The notes beneath the pieces were generated by a model. It was given only the letters and a program-made list of their open reading frames with translations. It was not told the origin of the DNA and made no database searches. The position numbers and the translations under genes are program-made. From Elusimicrobiota bacterium (lineage in GTDB: Bacteria > Elusimicrobiota > Elusimicrobia > UBA1565 > JACRDR01), in contig JACQBA010000012.1 of NCBI GenBank assembly GCA_016194745.1, forward strand, positions 9,165 to 73,164: a DNA stretch of 64,000 nucleotides, in the 5' to 3' direction. Below are positions 51,413 through 60,341 of this stretch, piece after piece. Numbering within the stretch: position 1 is the stretch's first letter; each line of letters begins with the position of its first letter.

Positions 51413-51542
51413 TAGTATCTCCTTTTCCGAATATCGCTTCATCGTACCACGGCTCGCCCAAAATCCCCTGGGTCTCCGGGGCCATTTCCGGCTGGGCCCA
51501 AAATCCGGCGGCGTGTGGCGTCTCGGCGAGGCGGTCGAGCCG

Positions 51543-52388
51543 CTATTTTGATATCCCTAGGGAGGCCAGGAGCCCGCGGCGCGGGAGGTGCTTGAGCAGG
51601 AACTTCATCGCGCTGACGAAGTGGACCGCGCGCAGGCGCCATTGTCCGACGCGGGCGCTTTGGCGGCGGTAGTCGTGGGTCCACTCGACGTCCGGGTGAT
51701 GCTCGATGTCCCAGCCGGCGTGGGCGATGCGATAGCAGAGGTCGATATCCTCGTAGTACATGAAGAACCGCTCGTCGAAGCCTCCCGCTTGGAGGAGGGC
51801 ATCGCGCTTGATCAGGAGGCAGGAGCCGAGCATCCAGTCCACCCGCGTCGGCCGATCGAGCATATCGTCGGTCATCAGGTAGCGGCGCATGAAGCCGAAG
51901 GAGGACGCGAGCCGCTCGGGCAGCAGTCCGCGTACGAGGACGGTGAGCAGCGTCGGGTAGCGTCGGCAGGAGGACTGGACCCGCCCGTCGGCGTAGCGCA
52001 GCCGCGGGCCGACGACGCCCAACCGCGGGCGCGCGAGCAGCCGCTCTAGCAGGAGGCGCAGGCTTCCCGGCGCCACGATCACGTCCGGATTGGTGACGAG
52101 ATACGCCTCGGCCTTTACGCTCCGCAGCGCGCGGTTGTTGCCGCCGCCGAAGCCGACGTTCGACTCGTTGCGCAGGAACGTCACCTCCGGGAACCGCCGC
52201 GCGAGGTCCTCGCCCGGCGCGTCGAGCGAGGCGTTGTCGACGACGACGACCCGTACCCGCAGGTCCGAGCCTTCCGCGGCGAGCGCCTCGAGGCAGCGCT
52301 CGAGGAGAGCCGGGGTATTGTAGTGCACGATCGACACGACGAGGTCGTGCGTGAGCACCGTTCCCGGCTCGAGAAGCGCTTTGCTCAC
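51543..52388 (-). CDS. Glycosyltransferase family 2 (rhamnosyltransferase-like)
   Basis: GTG start overlaps the upstream stop (GTGA). Motifs VSIVHYNT, VVVDNAS, NVGFGGGNN, FFMYYEDIDL. Confidence 0.85.
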   Translation of the reverse strand: MSKALLEPGTVLTHDLVVSIVHYNTPALLERCLEALAAEGSDLRVRVVVVDNASLDAPGEDLARRFPEVTFLRNESNVGFGGGNNRALRSVKAEAYLVTNPDVIVAPGSLRLLLERLLARPRLGVVGPRLRYADGRVQSSCRRYPTLLTVLVRGLLPERLASSFGFMRRYLMTDDMLDRPTRVDWMLGSCLLIKRDALLQAGGFDERFFMYYEDIDLCYRIAHAGWDIEHHPDVEWTHDYRRQSARVGQWRLRAVHFVSAMKFLLKHLPRRGLLASLGISK

Positions 52389-54052
52389 CGCGGGCTCCGT
52401 CCCCGGAACACCATGGCCGCCGTTTCGAGGATGAGGCGGAGGTCGAGCCACAGCGACCCGTTCTGCACGTAGTAGCTGTCGTAGACGATCCAGCTCGAAA
52501 AGTCGGAGGTGATGCCGCACCACACCTGCCAAGGGCCGGTGAGCCCTGGCTTCACCCGCAGGCGCAGGTCGCGCCACGACGGGTGCAGGCGCATCTCGGC
52601 GTCGGCGAGGGGCCGCGGGCCGACCAAGCTCATCTCGCCCTTGAGCACGTTCCAGAACTGAGGGAGCTCGTCGAGGCTCGTCTTGCGCAGCCAGCGACCC
52701 ATCGGCGTGATGCGGGGATCGTGCTCGATCTTGAACATCGGACCGTCGCTCTCGTTTTTGGCGCGAAGCGCGCCCTGCTGCAGATGCGCGCCGGCTTGCA
52801 TCGTGCGGATCTTGAGCATGGTGAACTCGCGGCCGCCCTTGCTAAGGCGCTTTTCCCGGAAGAAGACGGGGCCGGGCGAGGTCAGCTTATGAACCAGCCC
52901 GAGGGCCAGGCACGCCAGCGCGATCGCGGGGCCGAACAGGAGCGTGACCCCGAGGTCCATCGCGCGTTTCAACGCTTCAGAGAGCGGCCCGCGGTGCCGG
53001 ATCTCCTTGAACAGCGAGCCGTTCGTCCTGATCTTCCAGGAACCGTCGTCGCCGTAGTTGTTCAGGAGGGAGCGGTGGCCCCGCGGGAACTGCACGCCGT
53101 TGAAGGCCAGGCTCCGCGAGAGGCGGCTTTCGTTCTTGACGTGGGCGCCCTCCAGAACGATCGAGTGGCGGACGACGCTGTCTCGTCCGATGCGGACGTT
53201 CGAGTCCACGACCGATTGGTGCACCACGACGCCGTTGCCCACCTCGGTCCGGTCGCCGATCACGGTAGGCCCTACGATCACGGCGTCCTCGCCGATGGTC
53301 ACGTTCTCGCCCAGGATGATCGAGCCGTGGAGCGACGCGGAGGCCGCGACGCGGACGCCGCTTCCCGCGCGCCCCGGGGAGGAGCGCAGCGCCGCCTCGT
53401 GGTTCGCGCTGAGGTAATCCTGGAATGTGCGGAGGGGATTGACCGCGCCCTGGAGCAGCGCTCCGCGCACGTCGATTCCTCCCGCGAGGGCGGCCGGGAC
53501 GAGCTGCTCGCGGATGTCGAAGTAGCGGTCCCGCGGAATGAGCGAGAGGGCCTCGGGATGCGCGCAGTAGACGTGCGCGAGGCGGCAGTGGCACGTCTCC
53601 CAAAACAGAGTCCCGAGCGGGCGGTCGGCGCCGGCGCAGTCGCCGCAGCCGCCTTCCTGGACTCCGGCCACGAGGAACGGCAGCGCGGACGGAATCGTCA
53701 GGATCGGCGAAAGATCGAGCCGCAGGAAGCTGTTGCCGTTGACGATCAGGAACGGGGCGTCTTTCAGCTCGTCGGCGAACAGGGCGACCGAGCCCGCCGT
53801 GCCGAGGTACTTCGCCTCTTCCCGGTAGTGGATGCTCGGCAACAGCGCGCCGCCGTCGCCGAAATGGGCTCGCACGTCCTCGTTTCGCGGCGACAGAGGG
53901 ACGTGGACGTCGGTGACGCCGGAACGCTGCAGTAGCGTGAAGAGATGCGACAGCGCCGGGACGTTTCCGACCGGGAGCATCGCGCGGGATGTCTGGTGCG
54001 TCAGCGGGTAGAGCCAGTTGCTTGAGCCGCCCATGAGAATGACTGCTTTCAT
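52385..54052 (-). CDS. Fusion protein: sugar-phosphate nucleotidyltransferase, left-handed beta-helix and polyprenyl-phosphate glycosylphosphotransferase (bacterial sugar transferase)
   Basis: N-terminus MKAVILMGGSSNWLYPLT...GTAGS. Hexapeptide repeats IGEDAVIVGPTVIGDRTEVGNGVVV. A TM helix, then PVFFREKRLSKGGREFTMLKIRTM...DELPQFWNVLKGEMSLVGPRP. Confidence 0.85.
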   Translation of the reverse strand: MKAVILMGGSSNWLYPLTHQTSRAMLPVGNVPALSHLFTLLQRSGVTDVHVPLSPRNEDVRAHFGDGGALLPSIHYREEAKYLGTAGSVALFADELKDAPFLIVNGNSFLRLDLSPILTIPSALPFLVAGVQEGGCGDCAGADRPLGTLFWETCHCRLAHVYCAHPEALSLIPRDRYFDIREQLVPAALAGGIDVRGALLQGAVNPLRTFQDYLSANHEAALRSSPGRAGSGVRVAASASLHGSIILGENVTIGEDAVIVGPTVIGDRTEVGNGVVVHQSVVDSNVRIGRDSVVRHSIVLEGAHVKNESRLSRSLAFNGVQFPRGHRSLLNNYGDDGSWKIRTNGSLFKEIRHRGPLSEALKRAMDLGVTLLFGPAIALACLALGLVHKLTSPGPVFFREKRLSKGGREFTMLKIRTMQAGAHLQQGALRAKNESDGPMFKIEHDPRITPMGRWLRKTSLDELPQFWNVLKGEMSLVGPRPLADAEMRLHPSWRDLRLRVKPGLTGPWQVWCGITSDFSSWIVYDSYYVQNGSLWLDLRLILETAAMVFRGRSPR

Positions 54053-54075
54053 CTAGTTGCCGGCCTCCTTTTGGA

Positions 54076-55359
54076 TCACGGATCGAACTCCAGGTACGTC
54101 GGCTCGACGCCGACGGGAACGGTCCCGTCCGCGCCGGGCGTCGCGGCGGACGACTCGCCGAAAATGGTGACGCGCGTCGCCTTGCGGCCCTTGGGGAGCT
54201 TGCGCTTCGCCTCCCCCTTCCGGCTCCAAACGACCTCGATCGTCCGCCCGCCCTTCTTGAAGCGGTAGCCTTCGATGCCGGCCTCGCCCGGGATCTCTCC
54301 CTCGGGGACCGCTTTCGCAAGCTCCGCGTTGAAGACGTCGAACGCGCGGTGCGCGGGAAGCGGGGAGCCGTCGCCCGCCATCAGGCCGAAGTCCATGTCG
54401 CGGGGGAAGCCGACGTCCTTTCCCGGATTGCGCAGCGTGTGCCAGAACACGCGTTCGACGTCGCGCTGCGAGAGGGCGGCCGCGAAGTTCTTGACCAGGA
54501 AGACGGCTTTGGCGGCTTCCTCCTTCTCCCGATCCTTCGTCTCGAAGTACAGGCCGGTGGTCGAGGTCTCGGTGATCCAGATCGGCTTGGCGACCGCGTG
54601 CCGGCGCATCACCTCGCGGTTGACGCTCAGCGCCTCCTGCAGCGTGGCGAAGGCCGGATACACATGGAGGTTCGCGACGTCGAAGAACTTCCCGCCGCCG
54701 AGCTCGAGGAACTTGTCAAACCACTCGGTGCTTTTCGGCATCGCGAGCCCGCCCATGAGGACGACCGCCTGGGGGTTGCCCTCCTTGAGGCCCGCGTACG
54801 CCTCGCGGATCAAGGCGAGGTACTCCGCGGCGTCGGGCTTTCCTTTCCAGAAAAGCAGGAAATCCTGCTCGTTCCAGACCTCGTAGTATTTGATCTTGCC
54901 TTTGTAGCGCGCCGCGACCGCCTTCGCGAAGGCGCGGTAGCCGGGCAGATCCTTCGTCGGAAAATGAGTGGGTCCGACGTCGAACCCGTGCACTTTGATC
55001 GTCTTGCCGTCGCCGTTCCATTTGCTGGAGATGGGAAGCGTGAACAGGGCCTCGATGCCGTTCTTCTTGAGCACCTCGACCGCCGTGTCGAGCGCTCCCC
55101 ACTGGTAGCGGCCCTTCTGCGGCTCGAGGACGTCCCAGGCGTCGGCGTTGAAGCGGACGATCCCGACGCCCAGCTTGCGCGCGCGCTCAGCGTCCTTCTC
55201 CCACACGTCGCGCGGGGCGTACAGCCCGAGGCCCCCCGCCGCGTAGGTGCCGAGCCTGGCCGGACCGATTTCGGACGGGGCGGCATAGGCGGGCCGGAGT
55301 AGCCCGGCCGCGGCGAGGAGCGACAGGAGGCTACGACGCATAGTTCGATACCGATTCAT
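54076..55359 (-). CDS. Secreted glycoside hydrolase, clan GH-A (GH5/GH39-like)
   Basis: Signal RRSLLSLLAAAGLLRPAYA. YYEVWNEQD (acid/base NE) and IWITETS (nucleophile). An alternative start is at 55341. Confidence 0.72.
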   Translation of the reverse strand: MNRYRTMRRSLLSLLAAAGLLRPAYAAPSEIGPARLGTYAAGGLGLYAPRDVWEKDAERARKLGVGIVRFNADAWDVLEPQKGRYQWGALDTAVEVLKKNGIEALFTLPISSKWNGDGKTIKVHGFDVGPTHFPTKDLPGYRAFAKAVAARYKGKIKYYEVWNEQDFLLFWKGKPDAAEYLALIREAYAGLKEGNPQAVVLMGGLAMPKSTEWFDKFLELGGGKFFDVANLHVYPAFATLQEALSVNREVMRRHAVAKPIWITETSTTGLYFETKDREKEEAAKAVFLVKNFAAALSQRDVERVFWHTLRNPGKDVGFPRDMDFGLMAGDGSPLPAHRAFDVFNAELAKAVPEGEIPGEAGIEGYRFKKGGRTIEVVWSRKGEAKRKLPKGRKATRVTIFGESSAATPGADGTVPVGVEPTYLEFDP

Positions 55360-56434
55360 AGACCTCGAGCGTCTTCCTCGCGGCCTCGCGCCACGAGAAC
55401 TTTCCTGCCTGGCGCAGTCCTTCGGCGCTCAGGCGGTCGCGAAGCCCCTCGTTCGAGGCCATCGTTTTCAAGGCGCCGGCGATGGAGCCGACGCTCAAGG
55501 GGTCGACGTACAGCGCGGCCTCGCCGCATACTTCCGGCAGGGACGAGGTGCTCGACGCGATCACCGGCGTGCCGCAGCTCATCGCTTCGACGACGGGCAG
55601 ACCAAAGCCCTCGTAGAGGGAAGGATAGGCCAAGGCGGTGGCGCCGTTATAAAGGAGAGGCAGGTCCTCTTCCGCTACATAGCCGAGGAACCGGACGTCC
55701 GGAGCCCCGCCGTCGGCCAGATTGTCCCGGCCCCACGCCTTGGCTCCCACGATTACGAGCTCTTGGTCGAAGCGCGGGTCGCGCCGGCAGATGTTGTAGG
55801 CGTCGATGAGCCGCCGCAGATTCTTGCGCGGCTGCAGTGCGCCGACCGAGAGGAAGTAGTCCCTGGCGATGCCGTACGTGCGCCGCGCCGCTTCCACTTT
55901 GGCTCGATCGGGGCACGGCGCGAAGGACGGGTGCGCGGCGTTGTAGATCACGTGGATCTTCTCGGCCGGGATGCCGTAAAGCCGGACCAAGTCGCGCTTG
56001 GTGTTCTCGGAGACCGTCAGGATCGCGCTCGCGGCCTTGGCGCTGAATCGCGTCATCTTGAGGAAAAGCGCGCGGTCTCGTGGAAAGGATTCCGGAAAGT
56101 ATTCGAAGCTCAGGTCATGGATCGTCAAGACGAGTTTCGCTCCGCCCGCCCGTACGCCGACGTACTGGGTGTGGAAGACGTCGACCGGCTCCTTGATCAG
56201 CTCCCAGGGATATGCGAGCGGCACGCGCAGGAGCGGGTTCTTGAACTTGAGCCGGCGGTCGTGATGGCGGCCTTGGAACTTGGCGAAGAACGCCTCCGCT
56301 TCGCGATGCGTATAGTAGAACCAGTAGTCGTGCTGCGGCCGGAGGTCCGCGTAATGCGAGACCAGGTTCCGATAGTACGTCTCGTCGCCCGTGCGGCGGC
56401 GGCCGATCGTCTGCAGGTCCAGGGCGATCCTCAT
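55331..56434 (-). CDS. Glycosyltransferase family 4
   Basis: Start at MRIALDLQTIG. Motifs PSLYEGFGLPVVEAMSCGTPVIASSTSSLPE and FSWREAARKT. ATGA-coupled. Confidence 0.88.
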   Translation of the reverse strand: MRIALDLQTIGRRRTGDETYYRNLVSHYADLRPQHDYWFYYTHREAEAFFAKFQGRHHDRRLKFKNPLLRVPLAYPWELIKEPVDVFHTQYVGVRAGGAKLVLTIHDLSFEYFPESFPRDRALFLKMTRFSAKAASAILTVSENTKRDLVRLYGIPAEKIHVIYNAAHPSFAPCPDRAKVEAARRTYGIARDYFLSVGALQPRKNLRRLIDAYNICRRDPRFDQELVIVGAKAWGRDNLADGGAPDVRFLGYVAEEDLPLLYNGATALAYPSLYEGFGLPVVEAMSCGTPVIASSTSSLPEVCGEAALYVDPLSVGSIAGALKTMASNEGLRDRLSAEGLRQAGKFSWREAARKTLEVYESVSNYAS

Positions 56435-57363
56435 GCGCTCGTGGACCTCAAGAGGCTTCCGATGTAGGCGCGCTGGTGGCGTGCGCGCTCGGCGTATTCG
56501 GCGCGGCTGCGTAGAGCGTTGAGCGCGCCGTAGGCGAGCCACCGCAGGGAGAATCCCGCGAGCATCAGGTTCTTGAGCAGGCGGTACTTGAGCGGCGAGG
56601 CGTTGCGCCGCAGGTAGAGCAGTTGGCTCGAGATCTGGGTCTGGAACACGCGCTCGGGGCTCTTCTTGATGCTGCCTTTCATGAAGTGAGTCATCGAGGC
56701 GTCCGGCAGGAAGAGGAGCTTCCAGCCCGAGGCGGCGAGATCCTTCGACGCCTCCATGTCCTCGGCGTACATGAAGTAAAGCTCGTTGAAGAACGCATCC
56801 CCACGGATGGCGGCGCGGCGCACGAGCATCGCGGCGCCGGAGATCCAATCGACGTGGATCTCCGACCCGGCCGGCCGGCGCGCCCAGTAGATGCCGGGGA
56901 ACCAACGGTCGGACAGGAGGCGGTTGAGGAAGAGGTATTGATTAAGCGTGGTGCGCACCGTCGGAAACCGGTGGCCTTGCCCGCCCTGAAACTCGCTGCG
57001 GCCGCCGGTCAGAGAGCACGTCGCGGCGCCGGCGTCGGGTCGCGCGTCGAGCGCCGCGACCATCCGGGCGATCGCCCCGCCCGCGGCGAGCGTGTCCGGA
57101 TTGAGGAAAAGGACGTACTCCGAGGGCTCGCTCTCGCGCAGCGCCCGGTTGCAGGCCTTCGCGAAGCCGAGGTTGTCGTCGTTGACGAGGACCCGGACGG
57201 AGGGGAATTCCCGGCCGAGCATCTCGACGCTCCCGTCGTCGGAGGCGTTGTCGACCACGCAGACTCGCAAGTCCAGGTTCGCGCAGTCGTCCAGCACCGA
57301 ACGCAGGCACGCCCGGAGCATGTCCCGGCCATTCCAATTCACGATCGCAATGAGGAGTTTCAT
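56431..57363 (-). CDS. Glycosyltransferase family 2
   Basis: MKLLIAIVNWNG, VVDNASDDGS, NLGFAKACN, FMYAEDME. ATGA-coupled on both sides. Confidence 0.88.
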   Translation of the reverse strand: MKLLIAIVNWNGRDMLRACLRSVLDDCANLDLRVCVVDNASDDGSVEMLGREFPSVRVLVNDDNLGFAKACNRALRESEPSEYVLFLNPDTLAAGGAIARMVAALDARPDAGAATCSLTGGRSEFQGGQGHRFPTVRTTLNQYLFLNRLLSDRWFPGIYWARRPAGSEIHVDWISGAAMLVRRAAIRGDAFFNELYFMYAEDMEASKDLAASGWKLLFLPDASMTHFMKGSIKKSPERVFQTQISSQLLYLRRNASPLKYRLLKNLMLAGFSLRWLAYGALNALRSRAEYAERARHQRAYIGSLLRSTSA

Positions 57364-58334
57364 ACGACCGGCTCCGCGATCCGGCCGAACGTGGGATTGC
57401 GTCTGACCGAGATGCGCCGGTAGCCGTCGCGCACTCCTCTGCGGCTGTGGTAGCCGAAGAGGCGATCGGTAAAGAACCCGGCCACGCCCGTCAGACCGAA
57501 GCGGCGCGAGGCCCCGATGGCGCGCTCCAGAGGTCCGATCGTCCAGGCGTTGACGAGAGCGTCGGCGACACGGGCCCGCCAGGCGCCCTCGGGCGTCATG
57601 CCTTGGCGGACGAGGTAGTCCTTGAGTTCCGGATGGAGCTTGTAGAACTCGACCAGGCAGTAGCCCGATTGATAGGCACGCTTCATGTACTGCTTCATGT
57701 CCATCGGGTGATCGTGCAGGCCCCGCGCGCTCGCGTCCATGAACAGCCGCAAGCCGTGCTTGCCGAGACGGTAGCCGAACTCGACGTCCTCGTGGGCGGG
57801 GAACGAGAAGGCGTTGGAGAACCACGTGCCCGTCTCGGTGATCAGCGCCTTCTTCAGAGAGACGTTGGTCGTCCAGAATTGCTCCCAGCTGAGCTCGCCC
57901 TTGTCCCGCGCCTTCAAGAACGACTTCTCGAGCCGGACGACGTCGTAGCCGGGACCGCGGAACTCCTCGACGAAGCCGAGAAGGGCATATTCCCGCGCGG
58001 GATGCGTTTGGTGCCACTCGGCGTGCTTGCGGACGAGGTCGGGCTGGGCGATGAAGTCGTCGTTCAAGATCAACAGAAGGTCGTGGCTGGCGCGGCGGAT
58101 GGCATTGTTCCGCGCGGGACCCGAGCCTTGGTTCTCCTGCCAGTCGAACGCGAGCTCATAGGGCGCGGACTCACGGAACTCCGCCAGGCGGTCCATCGTG
58201 TCGTCCCTCGAGCCGTCGGCGATGACCACGACCTCCATCTCGCCGAGGGGATGGTCCTGGCGGGTGAGCGCCTCGAGGCACTTCGTCAGGATCCGTGAAT
58301 TGTTGTAGGTCGGGATGATGACGCTGACCTTCAT
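57360..58334 (-). CDS. Glycosyltransferase family 2
   Basis: MKVSVIIPTYNN, VVVIADGSRDDT, LILNDDF, HEDVEFGYRL. Confidence 0.88.
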   Translation of the reverse strand: MKVSVIIPTYNNSRILTKCLEALTRQDHPLGEMEVVVIADGSRDDTMDRLAEFRESAPYELAFDWQENQGSGPARNNAIRRASHDLLLILNDDFIAQPDLVRKHAEWHQTHPAREYALLGFVEEFRGPGYDVVRLEKSFLKARDKGELSWEQFWTTNVSLKKALITETGTWFSNAFSFPAHEDVEFGYRLGKHGLRLFMDASARGLHDHPMDMKQYMKRAYQSGYCLVEFYKLHPELKDYLVRQGMTPEGAWRARVADALVNAWTIGPLERAIGASRRFGLTGVAGFFTDRLFGYHSRRGVRDGYRRISVRRNPTFGRIAEPVV

Positions 58335-58957
58335 GGACGTTCCTTCTCGAGCTCTCGTTCGGTCTTGACGCGCAGCGGCTTGGCCGGCATGCCGAATACG
58401 ATCGTATTCGGCTTCACCGGGCCGAAGCACCAGGAGCCCGCGCCGATCATCGCGTGGTCGCCGATATAGGCGTCGGTCACGATGCTCCCGCCGTAGCCGA
58501 CGGTCACCCAGTCGCCGAGGATGGGGCCGCCGAGCCAGCCGCCCGTGTCGCCCTGGCCGCGACCGCCGACCCCGTTGCGGCCGAATAGCGTGCAATTCCG
58601 GCCGAACTTGGCATGCAGGGTGCAACCCGGAAGATGCGCGACGACGAAGCCGGGGCCGATCGAACAGTACGGGCTCGCGTCGAAGCTGAAAAGAATGATG
58701 TTGAGGTAGTAGAGCGGCATCGCGAAGAGTTTCAGACCGCTGCGCTGGAGGAGGATCGAGAAGCGGAGTATGGCGACGGCAATCAAATTGATCGTAAGAA
58801 ACCCCTTGGCGACGGACAGCGCGTGCGTCGGCTGGCCCATCTGGACGCGCTTGCGCACCGCGTCCGCCCACAGGAAACGCAAGGTATTGAGCACGGTGAC
58901 GGGGTAGTCGTCCTTCGGCGCCGAGCGATGCGGCGCGATCCGCTCCTGCGTGATCAT
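58331..58957 (-). CDS. Hexapeptide-repeat O-acetyltransferase (serine-acetyltransferase-like), paralogue A
   Basis: An N-terminal helical region is followed by left-handed beta-helix repeats (IGPGFVVAH, LGDWVTVGYGGSIV, IGDHAMIGAGS). Confidence 0.72.
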   Translation of the reverse strand: MITQERIAPHRSAPKDDYPVTVLNTLRFLWADAVRKRVQMGQPTHALSVAKGFLTINLIAVAILRFSILLQRSGLKLFAMPLYYLNIILFSFDASPYCSIGPGFVVAHLPGCTLHAKFGRNCTLFGRNGVGGRGQGDTGGWLGGPILGDWVTVGYGGSIVTDAYIGDHAMIGAGSWCFGPVKPNTIVFGMPAKPLRVKTERELEKERP

Positions 58958-59565
58958 TGGCCCCTCGCCTCCGCCGCTTCGAGACCCCAGGAGCGATGGC
59001 TCCGCTCGCCTACGGCGGATACTACGCGCGCGGGATTTCCGGCGACCCTGGCTCCCGCAGGCACGTCTCTCAAGACCAGCGAGGTCGCGCAGACGAAGGC
59101 GCCGTCGCCGATAACGTGCGGGCCCATCACCAAGCACCGGGCCCCGAGCACGACGCCGTCGCCGATGACCGGCAGTCCCGGGCCCGCGCCGATGTCCTTG
59201 TTCGAGCCGTTGCCCCCGACCCCGACGTGCGCGGTCAGGACGACGTTTTTGCCGAACTTGCCGGAAACGATCGTGCCGGAGGGGTGCAGTAGGACAAGAC
59301 CCTCTCCGAACTCCGCGTTCGGGCTGATATCCGAGTTGGTGAGGATGGTGTTTACTATGTAGACGAGCCGCGCCGTCAACTTTCGGCCGCGGCGCTCGAA
59401 GTAATGCGCCGTCCGGTGAAGCGCGACGGCCCAAAAGCAGGGATGGAGCGCGAAGTTGACCAGCGTACCCGCCGAGCGCTCCTTGTTGTGAAAGGCGGCG
59501 AGCGCGCGATAGTCTGCGCGGATGAGCCGCAGGGTCTCGCGGAGGCCGGGGCGCGAGGCGCTCAT
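58954..59565 (-). CDS. Hexapeptide-repeat O-acetyltransferase (serine-acetyltransferase-like), paralogue B
   Basis: ISPNAEFGEGLVLLHPSGTIV, PVIGDGVVLGARCLVMGPHVIGDGAFV, AGNPARV. Confidence 0.8.
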   Translation of the reverse strand: MSASRPGLRETLRLIRADYRALAAFHNKERSAGTLVNFALHPCFWAVALHRTAHYFERRGRKLTARLVYIVNTILTNSDISPNAEFGEGLVLLHPSGTIVSGKFGKNVVLTAHVGVGGNGSNKDIGAGPGLPVIGDGVVLGARCLVMGPHVIGDGAFVCATSLVLRDVPAGARVAGNPARVVSAVGERSHRSWGLEAAEARGQ

Positions 59566-60341
59566 GCGGCTTCCTTGACCAGCTCGACGACTTGGAAGTA
59601 CGACCAGGGCGCCGTGCTCGGGGCGCTCTTGAGCATCAGGTCGTCGAGCGATTGGAGCGCGCGACGCGCGGGACCGAAGTCCTTGAGAAGGAACGAGCCG
59701 GCCAGCCGGAGGCAGATCATCTCCGGGTAGTGGCGCTTCACCTGCGCGAACGCTCCGGTCAATATCCGCAGGCGCTCGTCGTCGAGCGGGGACTCGTCCT
59801 CGGAGCCGCGGCGCAGCTTGAGGGGCGAGAGGACCCGGTCGCGGAAGAACATGAGAAGCGGATTGCCGGCGTTGTTCTCGACGAAGACCGCCTTGCCGCC
59901 GGGCTTCAGCACCCGGGCGAGCTCGAGGCCCGAATGCCTCGCGTCGAGATGGTGCAGGATGCAGCTCCCCACCACGAAATCGAAGGCGCCGTCCTCGTAG
60001 GGCAGCTCGTGGGCGCTCGCGCGGCGCAGCTCGACGCGGTCCTCGACGCCGTTGCGGCGGAACCACTCGCGCGAGACCGCGAGGCTCTCCTCGGAGATGT
60101 CGACGGCGCTGACCTCGGCGCCGCGCTTGGCGAGATGACAGCTCAAGGCGCCGTAGCCGCAGCCGTAGTCGAGGATCCGCTTGCCTCGGATGTCGCCCAG
60201 GAGGCCGAGCGCGTAGCGATGCAGGGCGATGAGCTTCGTGTCGTTGGTGTTGACGAGATCGCCGTAGTAGCGGATGTCCCGAGACAGCGCCTGAGCGCGC
60301 GCGTCCCAGAACTGCCGCTCCCGGACTTCCACCTCACGCAT
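59562..60341 (-). CDS. Class I SAM-dependent methyltransferase
   Basis: ILDYGCGYGALSCHLA motif I, FDFVVGSCILHHL, LKPGGKAVF. Confidence 0.85.
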   Translation of the reverse strand: MREVEVRERQFWDARAQALSRDIRYYGDLVNTNDTKLIALHRYALGLLGDIRGKRILDYGCGYGALSCHLAKRGAEVSAVDISEESLAVSREWFRRNGVEDRVELRRASAHELPYEDGAFDFVVGSCILHHLDARHSGLELARVLKPGGKAVFVENNAGNPLLMFFRDRVLSPLKLRRGSEDESPLDDERLRILTGAFAQVKRHYPEMICLRLAGSFLLKDFGPARRALQSLDDLMLKSAPSTAPWSYFQVVELVKEAA

